DNA of 64,000 bases from Candidatus Woesearchaeota archaeon. GTDB taxonomy: Archaea > Nanobdellota > Nanobdellia > Pacearchaeales > GW2011-AR1. The notes under the pieces are model-generated. The model was given only the letters and a program-made list of their open reading frames with translations. It made no database searches and had not been told where the DNA came from. The stretch covers positions 27,543-91,542 of the forward strand of contig CAZJPE010000005.1 of the NCBI GenBank assembly GCA_964547875.1, given 5' to 3'. Every line of letters starts with the position of its first letter. The first letter of the stretch is position 1. Below, piece after piece: positions 1-7,798 of this stretch. A program made the position numbers and the translations under genes.

Positions 1-1371
1 AAAAAAATCTTCTCTGCTCAAATCAATATAGCAATAGCTTTTTCTAATGACCTTCAGCATCTCTTCAACATCCCAAATCTTAGAAATAGCCATCCCAAAT
101 ATCTGTTGCGATAATACGTCAAGTGCGTTTTTGGGAATCTCAGTATTGTCTATCTTTTTCTCTACCATCTCTTTCATTAAAATCCCGCATTCAACCAAAT
201 CATCCCTATCTAATACAATAAATCTTCCCTTTGGATTTTCATGCAACCTATGCCCTGCTCTTCCAATTCTCTGCAATGCTCTAGAAACGCTCTTTGGGCT
301 TCTCAATAAAATAACTAAATCAATGCTCCCTATATCAATCCCCAGCTCAAGTGATGTGCTGGAAACAACAACTTTCAATTCCCCATTTCTCAACCTGTCC
401 TCAATCTCAAATCTTTTTTCCCTACTCATAGAGCTATGATGTGCCCCTATAAGTCCATCATATTTTCCCGGAAAATGCAAGTCAAGATAATGCACGATCC
501 TTTCAGTAGCTGCCCGCGTGTTAGTGAAAATCAATGTCGTCTTATGCTCCTCTATCAATTTGTCTAAAATTCTATACAGCTCTTTCTGACTCTCAACACT
601 CTCGGCTTCTAATATGCTCTTCCCAGGAAAGTTCAAATCTATCTCTATTTTTTTCATTAATTTAACGTCTGCAATCAGGCAATCTCTTCCTCTTCCAACT
701 AAAAATCTTGCAATCTCTTCTACTGGCGAGATAGTAGCGCTCAAGCCAATTCTCACAGGCTCTATCAAGCTTATATCACACAATCTTTCCAGGCTAAGCG
801 ATAAATAAGCTCCTCTTTTATTAGTCAAAGCATGAACCTCGTCAACAATTACGAACTCAACAGCGCCCATCTTCTCAACAAATCTTCTACTAGTCAATAT
901 AATAGCAAGGGTTTCAGGTGTTGTGACTAAAATATGTGGAGTTTTTTTCAGCATTTTTTGCCTCTCATTTATTGAAGTATCTCCTGTTCTCATAGCCACA
1001 TTAATCCCGAACTTCCTTCCCCCTATTTTCTCCATTTCGTCTAAAGGACCCTTTAAATTAACTTCAACATCTCGCACAAGCGCCTTCAAAGGACTTACAT
1101 AAACAGCATAAACCTTATCTTCTAATTCTTTTTTCTCATCCAGCTCTATCAAATAATTTAAAATAGAGCCAAAAGCAGAAAGAGTCTTTCCGCTCCCTGT
1201 CGGCGAAGAAACTAGTATATTTTTTCTATCTCTTATGTTCAGCATAGAATATCTCTGCGCCTCGCTAAACTTGCCAAATTTCTCCTTAAACCACCTCATA
1301 GTTACTTGATTAAGGGAATTGAAAATCTCCTCATCACTATTAGGCTTCTGTATAAAATTCACATTTGTCAT
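1..1371 (-). CDS. Lhr-like DEAD/DEAH-box superfamily II helicase, N-terminal part. The gene runs off the window start (C-terminus missing).
   Basis: Minus-strand translation from ATG at 1371 reads MTNVNFIQKPNSDEEIF...GSGKTLSAFGSIL...VIVDEVHAL...QRIGRAGHR. These are Walker A, DEVH and helicase motif VI. There is no stop before position 1, so it is absent from the ORF table. Plus-strand ORFs 47-439 and 614-808 are antisense artefacts. Confidence 0.7.
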   Translation of the reverse strand, partial: MTNVNFIQKPNSDEEIFNSLNQVTMRWFKEKFGKFSEAQRYSMLNIRDRKNILVSSPTGSGKTLSAFGSILNYLIELDEKKELEDKVYAVYVSPLKALVRDVEVNLKGPLDEMEKIGGRKFGINVAMRTGDTSINERQKMLKKTPHILVTTPETLAIILTSRRFVEKMGAVEFVIVDEVHALTNKRGAYLSLSLERLCDISLIEPVRIGLSATISPVEEIARFLVGRGRDCLIADVKLMKKIEIDLNFPGKSILEAESVESQKELYRILDKLIEEHKTTLIFTNTRAATERIVHYLDLHFPGKYDGLIGAHHSSMSREKRFEIEDRLRNGELKVVVSSTSLELGIDIGSIDLVILLRSPKSVSRALQRIGRAGHRLHENPKGRFIVLDRDDLVECGILMKEMVEKKIDNTEIPKNALDVLSQQIFGMAISKIWDVEEMLKVIRKSYCYIDLSREDFF

Positions 1372-1405
1372 AGAAAATCTCTAAAACAAAACAATATAAA
1401 TCTTC

Positions 1406-1726
1406 TCAATATCTAAAAATCCTATACAACAGCCTAATCCCCTTGGCTAAATTTCTTTCTTCTCTTACCAACTCCCATAATCTTATTTTAGCATCAACAA
1501 CCTCTTCTCTTTGAAAATAAGGCGTCTCATCTCCCTGAATCTTATAAGGAATACATATCCCTCTCAATTTATCCTTCTTCTCAATAATCTCCTGTAATCT
1601 CCTATCAATCTCTTCTCTTCCTTTCCTAAATCTCTTTAAAATCATGTTCTGCTGAAAAATATAATATTTATAAACTTTTATATAACGCCTAATCTCTCTA
1701 TATTCATGCCAAAAATATCCCAACAA
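1406..1726 (-). CDS. Hypothetical protein, 106 aa, basic.
   Basis: ORF directly downstream of the helicase on the same strand. No recognisable motif. Confidence 0.3.
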   Translation of the reverse strand: MLGYFWHEYREIRRYIKVYKYYIFQQNMILKRFRKGREEIDRRLQEIIEKKDKLRGICIPYKIQGDETPYFQREEVVDAKIRLWELVREERNLAKGIRLLYRIFRY

Positions 1727-1975
1727 AAAAAAGATAAAATAGCAGAGCAGATATTATACTATTTATTCTCAATCGCCCCAGAATCAACATTTACAACAGA
1801 AATAGCAAAAGAGGTTGCAAGAGACGAAGAATTTACAAAAGTAATTCTCCAATCTCTCAAGGACAAAAGTCTAATAATAGAAATAAACAAAAATCCTAAA
1901 GGAGTTCAATATATAAAAAGACAGCGCTGGCGCATATCAAATCAAGCCTTTGATGCATATAAATCAAAAATATAA
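1706..1975 (+). CDS. Small winged-helix-like DNA-binding protein.
   Basis: 89 aa. YLFSIAPESTFTTEIAKEVARDEEFTKVILQSLKDKSLI resembles a wHTH recognition helix and wing. Confidence 0.4.
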   Translation: MPKISQQKKDKIAEQILYYLFSIAPESTFTTEIAKEVARDEEFTKVILQSLKDKSLIIEINKNPKGVQYIKRQRWRISNQAFDAYKSKI

Positions 1976-2017
1976 AAAAATACAAATCTATATTAATCCT
2001 CGTTACTTAAGAATCAA

Positions 2018-2725
2018 ATGGATAAAGAAAAGCTTAAACAAGCATTTGCAAAAGTAAAACAAGACATAGACGTCATTAAAACTGAAATTCAAGAATTAAA
2101 ACGAACCTTAGACAGACAGACAGACACTTCGACAGACAATCAGACAGAAAACACGAAAAATTCAGCAATCCAACAAATAAACTCACCAGAAAACCTGATT
2201 CCAGCACATTTTCCAGCAGATAATTTTCGTTTAAAAGCCTTAAAAAGCCCAAATTCAAGCATTTCCACAGGAAACAAAGGAGTTCCAGCAGACAGTCAAC
2301 AGACAGACAAACAGACAGTCAACACAACACGAAATCAAGGGGGAAAGTTCGCTTTAAATAAAGAAGACGTTATTAAAGAAAACAAGATTAATAAATTAGA
2401 AAAATTAGCTGATTTTATTGATTCCCTCGACGATATAAAAAAAGATTTAAGAGCAAAAATCAAAAAATTAACAAAACAAGAGATGTCGGTCTTTACATCA
2501 ATATACTATCTGGAAGAGCAAGGTCTTACTGTGGATTATCCGCTTCTCGCAGAAAAGCTTTCTTTAACAGAATCCTCAATTAGGGATTACATTCAGCGCC
2601 TCATTAAAAAAGCCATCCCAATAGAAAAATCAAAAGAAAATAACAAGAAAATCATCCTCACTATCTCTCAAACTCTCAAGAAAATAGCCTCTTTAAATAC
2701 AATTCTTAATCTTAGAGAACTCTAA
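2018..2725 (+). CDS. Coiled-coil / low-complexity protein with C-terminal HTH (putative transcription regulator).
   Basis: N-terminal heptad-like segment, Q/T/N-rich low-complexity middle encoded by CAGACA-type repeats, C-terminal LTKQEMSVFTSIYYLEEQGLTVDYPLLAEKLSLTESSIRDYIQRL (HTH-like). Confidence 0.5.
   Translation: MDKEKLKQAFAKVKQDIDVIKTEIQELKRTLDRQTDTSTDNQTENTKNSAIQQINSPENLIPAHFPADNFRLKALKSPNSSISTGNKGVPADSQQTDKQTVNTTRNQGGKFALNKEDVIKENKINKLEKLADFIDSLDDIKKDLRAKIKKLTKQEMSVFTSIYYLEEQGLTVDYPLLAEKLSLTESSIRDYIQRLIKKAIPIEKSKENNKKIILTISQTLKKIASLNTILNLREL
2111..2148. repeat. Imperfect (GACA/CAGA)n microsatellite inside CDS 2018-2725. A second patch lies at 2288-2322.
   Basis: gacagacagacagaca ... 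gacagaca ... cagacaga. The same unit recurs at 2288-2322 (cagacagtcaacagacagacaaacagacagtcaac). Confidence 0.7.
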
Positions 2726-2875
2726 TTATCCCGTTAAACGAATAACTATTATAAACTCATAAATAAACACAACTCAATCTTCAGCATCAGAAAAATTGAT
2801 CCTTTTTCTCCAAATTCACTCCAATTTTTCCTCATTTAATCTTTATTAAGTTCGTTTATTCTAATTATTCCGAAC

Positions 2876-3577
2876 TTAATTCTCACTTTTACTCAAACTT
2901 AAATCTTTTATCTCCTCACTTTCATCCAATTTAACCTCACTTTTCTCGTTTTTTTCTTCTTTTCTGTTTTTTTTAACTCTCACTTTTGCGTATTTTGCAA
3001 ACTTTTCCCTTATTTCTACAGGTATAAACACTCTTTTTTTCCCATTTTTTTCAATAATCTCTTCAATCAGACCTTCACTTTTCTGTTTTATGGCATTAAT
3101 TTGTCCTCTTACTGTAGCTCTCTCTTTCCCCAAAAGAAGAGCAAGATCCTCATAACTTAGCTTCATCTCATTATTCAAAAGAGCCATAACAACTAGCCTT
3201 TCACTAGAACTTAATTCCTTCAAAATTCCATAAAAATTAGCTGTTTGAACAGGTGTTTGAACAGCTTTTTGAACACCTTCAACAGCTGTTTGTTTGTCTA
3301 AAACAGCTAATTTTCTAAACAGCTGTTTGCTTTTCATACTCTCATTCACTAAATTAATCGTCTCTCTCAAGCCCTCTATCTCCTCTTTTATCGTCGATAA
3401 ATCCCGCCGTAGCAAAAAAACAACATCAAACAGCTGTTTATCCCGCTCATCAAGGTGTTTAACCCACCTTCCAACATCATTCATGTCTTTTTTTACTTCA
3501 GAAAAGCCTTTTTTAGTTTCTTCCTCAAGTCTTTTTGCCCTCTTTCCAAAAAACCAATCAAACATGAATTTATACAA
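2876..3577 (-). CDS. Coiled-coil protein with C-terminal HTH (putative transcription regulator). Contains an internal (QxAV)n tandem repeat.
   Basis: 233 aa. C-terminal LSSSERLVVMALLNNEMKLSYEDLALLLGKERATVRGQINAIKQK is HTH-like. Convergent and architecturally similar to 2018-2725. Confidence 0.5.
   Translation of the reverse strand: MYKFMFDWFFGKRAKRLEEETKKGFSEVKKDMNDVGRWVKHLDERDKQLFDVVFLLRRDLSTIKEEIEGLRETINLVNESMKSKQLFRKLAVLDKQTAVEGVQKAVQTPVQTANFYGILKELSSSERLVVMALLNNEMKLSYEDLALLLGKERATVRGQINAIKQKSEGLIEEIIEKNGKKRVFIPVEIREKFAKYAKVRVKKNRKEEKNEKSEVKLDESEEIKDLSLSKSEN
3235..3330. repeat. Coding tandem repeat of a 12-bp unit built on the palindrome AACAGCTGTT. It encodes (Q-T/K-A/P-V)n in the minus-strand protein.
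   Basis: agctgtttgaac / aggtgtttgaac / agctttttgaac / aacagctgtttg / aaacagctaatt / aaacagctgtttg. Minus-strand translation is ...QTAVEGVQKAVQTPVQTA... Confidence 0.7.
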
Positions 3578-3700
3578 ACCCTTATACTATTTAAATTTTG
3601 CGTTTTTAAGCCCTATTAAGGCAAACGAAGAAATCAAATTTAAAATTAACAAAAAATAAAATAAACACCATAAAATTTCCATAAACACCCCAAAATCAGT

Positions 3701-3718
3701 TTTAAACAGCTGTTTAAA
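3701..3718. promoter_or_regulatory. 18-bp perfect palindrome TTTAAACAGCTGTTTAAA flanked by four direct ATAAACACC repeats. It is a candidate operator in the divergent promoter region.
   Basis: The palindrome is self-complementary. ATAAACACC occurs at 3661, 3681, 3715 (TTAAACACC) and 3725. It lies between divergent genes 2876-3577(-) and 3905-4264(+). Confidence 0.45.
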
Positions 3719-3904
3719 CACCCATAAACACCCCTATCGTCGATAAACGAAGTTTACCTTACCTTGCTTAAAAAATCAACATTCTTTTCCTAGCTCTTCA
3801 ATCCTCTCAAATATGAAATTAAAACCAGACAAAAGAGAAACTTATTTAAACATACTCTTCTTTTAATTAAAACATTTTCAATAGAATGAAAGGAGGTAAT
3901 TATA

Positions 3905-4264
3905 ATGGCAAATACACAAAAAACCTTTGCACTGATTTTAGGCATAGTATTGCTTCTCGTTGGCATAATTGGATTTATCAACAATCCTTTAGTAGGCGAT
4001 AACAGATATTTTGGAACAAATACCTTTCAAGACATACTGCATCTAATAGCAGGCGCAATAGGCGTCTATGTCGGAACAAAAGGAAGGGGCCCAACATACA
4101 ATTCAACAATAGGATGGATTGGCATTGTTTTAGGCATTCTTGGATTTATTCCAGGAATAAAAGGCCTGCTGCTTAATTGGTTTAATATAAACACAGAGAT
4201 AAGCGTTTTACACGTAGTAATAGGGATTGTTGCGCTGGCAGTCTATTACAAAGCAAGCAAGTAA
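3905..4264 (+). CDS. Small integral membrane protein (3-4 TM helices).
   Basis: Highly hydrophobic and Gly-rich (ILGIVLLLVGIIGFINNP..., IGWIGIVLGILGFIPGIKG). RBS-like aggaggt lies 8 nt upstream. Confidence 0.5.
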   Translation: MANTQKTFALILGIVLLLVGIIGFINNPLVGDNRYFGTNTFQDILHLIAGAIGVYVGTKGRGPTYNSTIGWIGIVLGILGFIPGIKGLLLNWFNINTEISVLHVVIGIVALAVYYKASK

Positions 4265-4293
4265 ATAATAAGCCATCTTTTTTCTTCTTTTTT

Positions 4294-4509
4294 ATGAATT
4301 TTAAACTTCTTTTCTTAATAGGCTCGATCCTAACATTCTTAGGCCTTTTCTGGATGCTCCTTCCTCACGCTTTTCACGATAAAATCATAGAGAATCAGCA
4401 CATTATCCACATTATTCAAGGCCTAATTCCAACATTACTAGGCCTAATCATGATGGTAAATTCAGAAAATAAGCTAAAATATCTAAGCAAAAACAAAAAC
4501 TTCAAATAA
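4294..4509 (+). CDS. Small membrane protein (2 TM).
   Basis: 71 aa, hydrophobic segments. Tandem with 3905-4264. Confidence 0.35.
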   Translation: MNFKLLFLIGSILTFLGLFWMLLPHAFHDKIIENQHIIHIIQGLIPTLLGLIMMVNSENKLKYLSKNKNFK

Positions 4510-4572
4510 AGTTATCTCACATGAATTTATACACATAAAAAACCGAAAAAACCCCAAATTTTCTCCCAATAT

Positions 4573-4627
4573 CAAAAACATTAGCCACAATAATTCAAGG
4601 CACGAAGTGCCGTCCGCGCCCGACAAA
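4573..4627. repeat. Copy A of a 53-nt conserved element with a perfect GGCAC-GAA-GTGCC hairpin.
   Basis: caaaaacattagccacaataattcaaggcacgaagtgccgtccgcgcccgaca. A second copy at 5288-5340 has one mismatch. Confidence 0.8.
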
Positions 4628-4658
4628 CAATTATAAACGATATCTATCTAATAATTTT

Positions 4659-4949
4659 ATAAACAACATTATCTTTGAAATCGTCGATAAAACAGGAAAA
4701 AAGATAATACTGACTAAAGAAAGATGGACACATATAAGGCAAAAACATGGACTTATTGAAAATCCAGAAGAGATAGAGCAAACACTTACTAATCCAATAA
4801 AAATCATTTTTATCGAGGAGAAAAACAAAACATATTTCTATAACTATTTCAAACATAAGCACAAATCCAGATTTTTAAAAGTTATAGTTAAATATATAAA
4901 TAATCAAGGTTATGTAAAATCAGCGTATTTCACAAGAAGCATAAAATGA
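4659..4949 (+). CDS. DUF4258-like (toxin-like) protein. The ORF has no canonical start codon: it is either a pseudogene or uses a non-canonical start.
   Basis: Frame is open from 4539. It encodes ...IILTKERWTHIRQKHGLIENPEEIEQTLTNPIKIIF..., and its TGA overlaps the ATG of the DUF2283 gene (ATGA at 4946-4949). There is no in-frame ATG, GTG or TTG. It is not in the ORF table. Confidence 0.3.
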   Translation: MNNIIFEIVDKTGKKIILTKERWTHIRQKHGLIENPEEIEQTLTNPIKIIFIEEKNKTYFYNYFKHKHKSRFLKVIVKYINNQGYVKSAYFTRSIK

Positions 4950-5191
4950 AAGGAAAAATGGAAATTTACTATGACGAAGAATTAGACTACTTAGAGATAT
5001 TCGTACAGAATCCTCCTCCAAACTACGGCGAGGATATCGAAGAAGATATAACTCTTTTTAGAGACGAAAATACAGACGAAGTTGTAGGAATAGGGATCCA
5101 AGAATTCAAAGAAAAAACAAAAAACCTCAAAGACATTAAATTACAACTCCCCTTTGAAATCAACTTTCTCCAATTACCTATAAATAAATAA
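4946..5191 (+). CDS. DUF2283-family small protein (antitoxin-like partner of DUF4258).
   Basis: MEIYYDEELDYLEIF...DEVVGIGIQEF matches the DUF2283 signature (YD-E-D-LYI). Start overlaps the upstream DUF4258-like ORF. Confidence 0.5.
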   Translation: MKGKMEIYYDEELDYLEIFVQNPPPNYGEDIEEDITLFRDENTDEVVGIGIQEFKEKTKNLKDIKLQLPFEINFLQLPINK

Positions 5192-5194
5192 TAT

Positions 5195-5265
5195 AGCTAA
5201 AACTTCCTCACATCTCCAACAACTTTTAGCATAAGCAAAAAGTTCGGGTTAAACGAAAGATTTTT
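5195..5265. repeat. Intergenic cassette-boundary repeat, family R1, full copy 1.
   Basis: agctaaaacttcctcacatctccaacaacttttagcataagcaaaaagttcgggttaaacgaaagattttt. Confidence 0.8.
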
Positions 5266-5287
5266 AAATAAATCTATCCCTCAGTCC

Positions 5288-5340
5288 CAAAAACATTAGC
5301 CACAATAATTCAAGGCACGAAGTGCCGTCCACGCCCGACA
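5288..5340. repeat. Copy B of the 53-nt hairpin element.
   Basis: caaaaacattagccacaataattcaaggcacgaagtgccgtccacgcccgaca. It lies 48 nt upstream of the ATG at 5388. Confidence 0.8.
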
Positions 5341-5387
5341 GCATTAAGCAAGCAAAGATTTATTAATAATAAAACCCAGAAAAAAGT

Positions 5388-5633
5388 ATGGAACAAAAAC
5401 ACATAACTTTAGAAAAAATATATTATGCAATACAAAATATACAGAGAGAACTAAGCAACATTAAAGAAAAGCTAGATTGGGAAACAGACTTTACAGAAGA
5501 GGAAAATAAGGAATTTATTGAAGGGACAAGAGAGGCATGGAAAGAAATAGACGAAGGGAAATATACCACTTACAATTCTCCGGAAGAATTTCTATCTACA
5601 TTAAAAGAGAATGATAATAAAAGAAAGCGATAA
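5388..5633 (+). CDS. Putative type II antitoxin (paired with the RelE/ParE-like toxin downstream).
   Basis: 81 aa acidic protein. The C-terminal motif AWKEIDEGKYTTYNSPEEF is shared with orphan ORF 47643-47837. Overlaps the toxin gene by 23 nt. Confidence 0.5.
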   Translation: MEQKHITLEKIYYAIQNIQRELSNIKEKLDWETDFTEEENKEFIEGTREAWKEIDEGKYTTYNSPEEFLSTLKENDNKRKR

Positions 5634-5853
5634 ATTCAAAAGTATTAAATCTAAAATAGATAAAAGTTATCTCACCAAGCTTGAAAAATTAATTAAGAAG
5701 ATTATAAACAATCCAGAAATCGGCAAACCAATGATGCACGAAAGAAAAGGCACAAAAGAAGTTTATCTTCCACCATTTAGGCTTTCTTATTCTTATGATA
5801 GTTCTGCAAATATATTAATCTTTCTCGATATTTATCATAAAAAACATCAATGA
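5611..5853 (+). CDS. RelE/ParE-family toxin.
   Basis: 80 aa. KLIKKIINNPEIGKPMMHERKGTKEVYLPPFRLSYSYDSSANILIFLDIYHKK has the typical RelE/ParE fold pattern and gene-pair arrangement. Confidence 0.55.
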   Translation: MIIKESDKFKSIKSKIDKSYLTKLEKLIKKIINNPEIGKPMMHERKGTKEVYLPPFRLSYSYDSSANILIFLDIYHKKHQ

Positions 5854-5874
5854 GTAAAAATAACAAAATCTCTC

Positions 5875-5913
5875 AGCTAAAACTTCCTCACATCTCCAAC
5901 AACTTTTAGCATA
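5875..5913. repeat. Family R1 repeat, copy 2 (5' half).
   Basis: agctaaaacttcctcacatctccaacaacttttagcata is identical to 5195-5233. Confidence 0.8.
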
Positions 5914-5979
5914 CAATAATTAAGGCGTAAAGCACTATGAAACCGAAAAATATAAATACTTCTGTATCATTATTGTATC

Positions 5980-6195
5980 ATGGAAATAGAAACAACAACA
6001 AGAAAATGGGGAAATTCAATAGCTATAATCATACCCGCAAGCATAGTTGAACAGCAAAAACTAAAAGAAAACGAAGAAGTTATAGTAAAAGTTGATAAAA
6101 AGAAAGTCAAAGCAGGAGAATTATTTGGATTCCTCAAAGACTGGAAAAGGTCAACAGACGATATATTAAAAGAGGCAGATAGAGGATGGGATTAA
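5980..6195 (+). CDS. AbrB/MazE/SpoVT-type antitoxin (VapB-like).
   Basis: RKWGNSIAIIIPASIVEQQKLKENEEVIVKV is a swapped-hairpin AbrB motif. Overlaps the PIN gene by 10 nt. Confidence 0.6.
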   Translation: MEIETTTRKWGNSIAIIIPASIVEQQKLKENEEVIVKVDKKKVKAGELFGFLKDWKRSTDDILKEADRGWD

Positions 6196-6557
6196 AATAC
6201 TTCTTTGATAGCTATGCAATAATTGAGATACTTAAAGAAAATCCAAAATATTCAATTTATACTTCAGAAATTGCAGTTTTAACTATCTTTAATCTAGCTG
6301 AAATATATTGGTCTGCCTTACTTGATTATGAAGAAGACAAAGCAAATATTATTTTTGACACATATAAGAAGGCAGTCATCGAAATTGACGACGATACCCT
6401 CAAAGAAGCTATAAAATTCAGAAAAGAGCACAAAAAGCAAGATCTCTCCTACGCAGATTGCGTAGGATATGTCTATGCCAAACGCAATAATCTAAAATTT
6501 CTTACAGGCGATAACAAATTTGAAAACCTTCCCTTCGTAGAATTCGTGAAAAAATAG
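6186..6557 (+). CDS. PIN-domain toxin (VapC-like).
   Basis: 123 aa. Begins YFFDSYAIIEIL (PIN N-terminal acidic-residue motif). Its position downstream of an AbrB antitoxin supports the call. Confidence 0.5.
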   Translation: MGLKYFFDSYAIIEILKENPKYSIYTSEIAVLTIFNLAEIYWSALLDYEEDKANIIFDTYKKAVIEIDDDTLKEAIKFRKEHKKQDLSYADCVGYVYAKRNNLKFLTGDNKFENLPFVEFVKK

Positions 6558-6558
6558 A

Positions 6559-6603
6559 AACTTTTTGCATAGCAAAAAGTTCGGGTTAAACGAAAGATTT
6601 AAA
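6559..6603. repeat. Family R1 repeat, 3' half copy.
   Basis: actttttgcatagcaaaaagttcgggttaaacgaaagattt matches the 3' half of 5195-5265. Confidence 0.7.
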
Positions 6604-6626
6604 AATAAGAATTATCCCCATTTACT

Positions 6627-7061
6627 ATGAGAATAAAATCATTGAAGGCATTAACACTAGCAAGCTTACTTTGGTGTCAGGGTTGTGAAGAATCAAAAAA
6701 ACAACCAGATTTAATAGGATTAGTAAGTATTTCTGGCATTCCAGTCGCCCCCCAACTTGAGACTTCTAATTATGGAGGTTCATTATCTTTTGTTATAAAG
6801 AACAGAGATGGCTCCATGTTAGCAACACTATCTCATTTTCAACCTCATTATATTGACAAAAAAACTTTGGGTCAGATTAGCTCTCTTTTACACTCCGAAA
6901 TTTCAGATGGAGACGAAGACATTATAGAATGTAAAGGGAATTTTAACAAAGATGGAGTTTTTGAAGTCAAATACATAAAAGGAAATGATTTTGGAACTTA
7001 TTATACTCATCTTAACGGAGATCTTTATCTTATTGGCATCAAGAGTTTCAAATCCCCCTAA
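6627..7061 (+). CDS. Secreted protein or lipoprotein (signal peptide, Cys near the cleavage region).
   Basis: N-terminal MRIKSLKALTLASLLWCQGCEE. 144 aa. Confidence 0.4.
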   Translation: MRIKSLKALTLASLLWCQGCEESKKQPDLIGLVSISGIPVAPQLETSNYGGSLSFVIKNRDGSMLATLSHFQPHYIDKKTLGQISSLLHSEISDGDEDIIECKGNFNKDGVFEVKYIKGNDFGTYYTHLNGDLYLIGIKSFKSP

Positions 7062-7112
7062 AACTTCGCACAAGCACCATTAAGAGTACTTTTGAGAGTT
7101 CTAAAGTGTTAA
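7057..7112. repeat. Degenerate family R1-like repeat.
   Basis: cctaaaacttcgcacaagcacc...gttaaaacgaa. Partial match to the R1 ends. Confidence 0.4.
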
Positions 7113-7157
7113 AACGAATCTAATTAATTTTATATAGAGTTTATACCCAATTCTCTT

Positions 7158-7451
7158 ATGGTTTTTCAAAATATTTTTATAGATTTAGGCAGTTCTATGA
7201 TAACAGGTATTCTTGGAGGATTAGTAATTGTTTGGTTTTTTAATGGAATTCATTATTTTGACAAACAACTTAAATTTAAAACAAGATATGGAAAATACTC
7301 CTTTATTTTTTATTTACTATATATTTTTCTATTATTTATTTCATCTGCTGTTTTTTTATTTACGCGCATCGATAGTTTTTCTCTAGTGGCCTTTGGGATA
7401 GGGATTGCTTTCGAGATTATAATTTTGATTTGGCGTCCAAAATTGGGCTAA
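7158..7451 (+). CDS. Small membrane protein (3 TM).
   Basis: 97 aa, strongly hydrophobic. Confidence 0.35.
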   Translation: MVFQNIFIDLGSSMITGILGGLVIVWFFNGIHYFDKQLKFKTRYGKYSFIFYLLYIFLLFISSAVFLFTRIDSFSLVAFGIGIAFEIIILIWRPKLG

Positions 7452-7460
7452 ATCCTTCAA

Positions 7461-7520
7461 GCTAAAACCTTTTCTCGTCTCCAAAAACTTTCAGCACAAG
7501 AATAAAGTTCATTTAAATTA
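7461..7520. repeat. Family R1 repeat, divergent full-length copy.
   Basis: gctaaaaccttttctcgtctccaaaaactttcagcacaagaataaagttcatttaaatt is colinear with 5196-5255 (gctaaaac-ttcctcacatctccaacaacttttagcataagcaaaaagttcgggttaaacg). Confidence 0.65.
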
Positions 7521-7525
7521 TCGGA

Positions 7526-7798
7526 TTAGTAAATATTATCATGATGGTCAAAATCAACAAAAAGGATAAATTTCCCCACCAAATCTACTTTAAACGTCAA
7601 AACAAAGTGCTTATCAATATGGACACGCTTAAATTCTTTCATATCATATCGTAGATTTTTATAATGTTGAATTGAGACTTCGTCAGAGCCAACAATCTCT
7701 TTAATCTTTTTATTTATTATCTCAACTTTTTTCTTATCTTTCTTTATCAGTTTTGATATTTTAACCTTTAACTCATCACTTAAGCCAAAGTCAAACAT
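7526..7798 (-). CDS. RelE/ParE-superfamily toxin.
   Basis: 90 aa. ...YKNLRYDMKEFKRVHIDKHFVLTFKVDLVGKFILFVDFDHHDNIY. Follows its antitoxin with a 0-nt gap. Confidence 0.5.
   Translation of the reverse strand: MFDFGLSDELKVKISKLIKKDKKKVEIINKKIKEIVGSDEVSIQHYKNLRYDMKEFKRVHIDKHFVLTFKVDLVGKFILFVDFDHHDNIY

Noticed and set aside
47-808. Plus-strand ORFs 47-439 and 614-808.
   Set aside because: They lie antisense within the Lhr-like helicase gene, which has clear Walker A, DEVH and motif VI on the minus strand. They are low-complexity Ser/Ile-rich translations.
3294-3659. Plus-strand ORF of 121 aa.
   Set aside because: It is antisense to the HTH/coiled-coil gene 2876-3577 and extends into the operator-like intergenic region.
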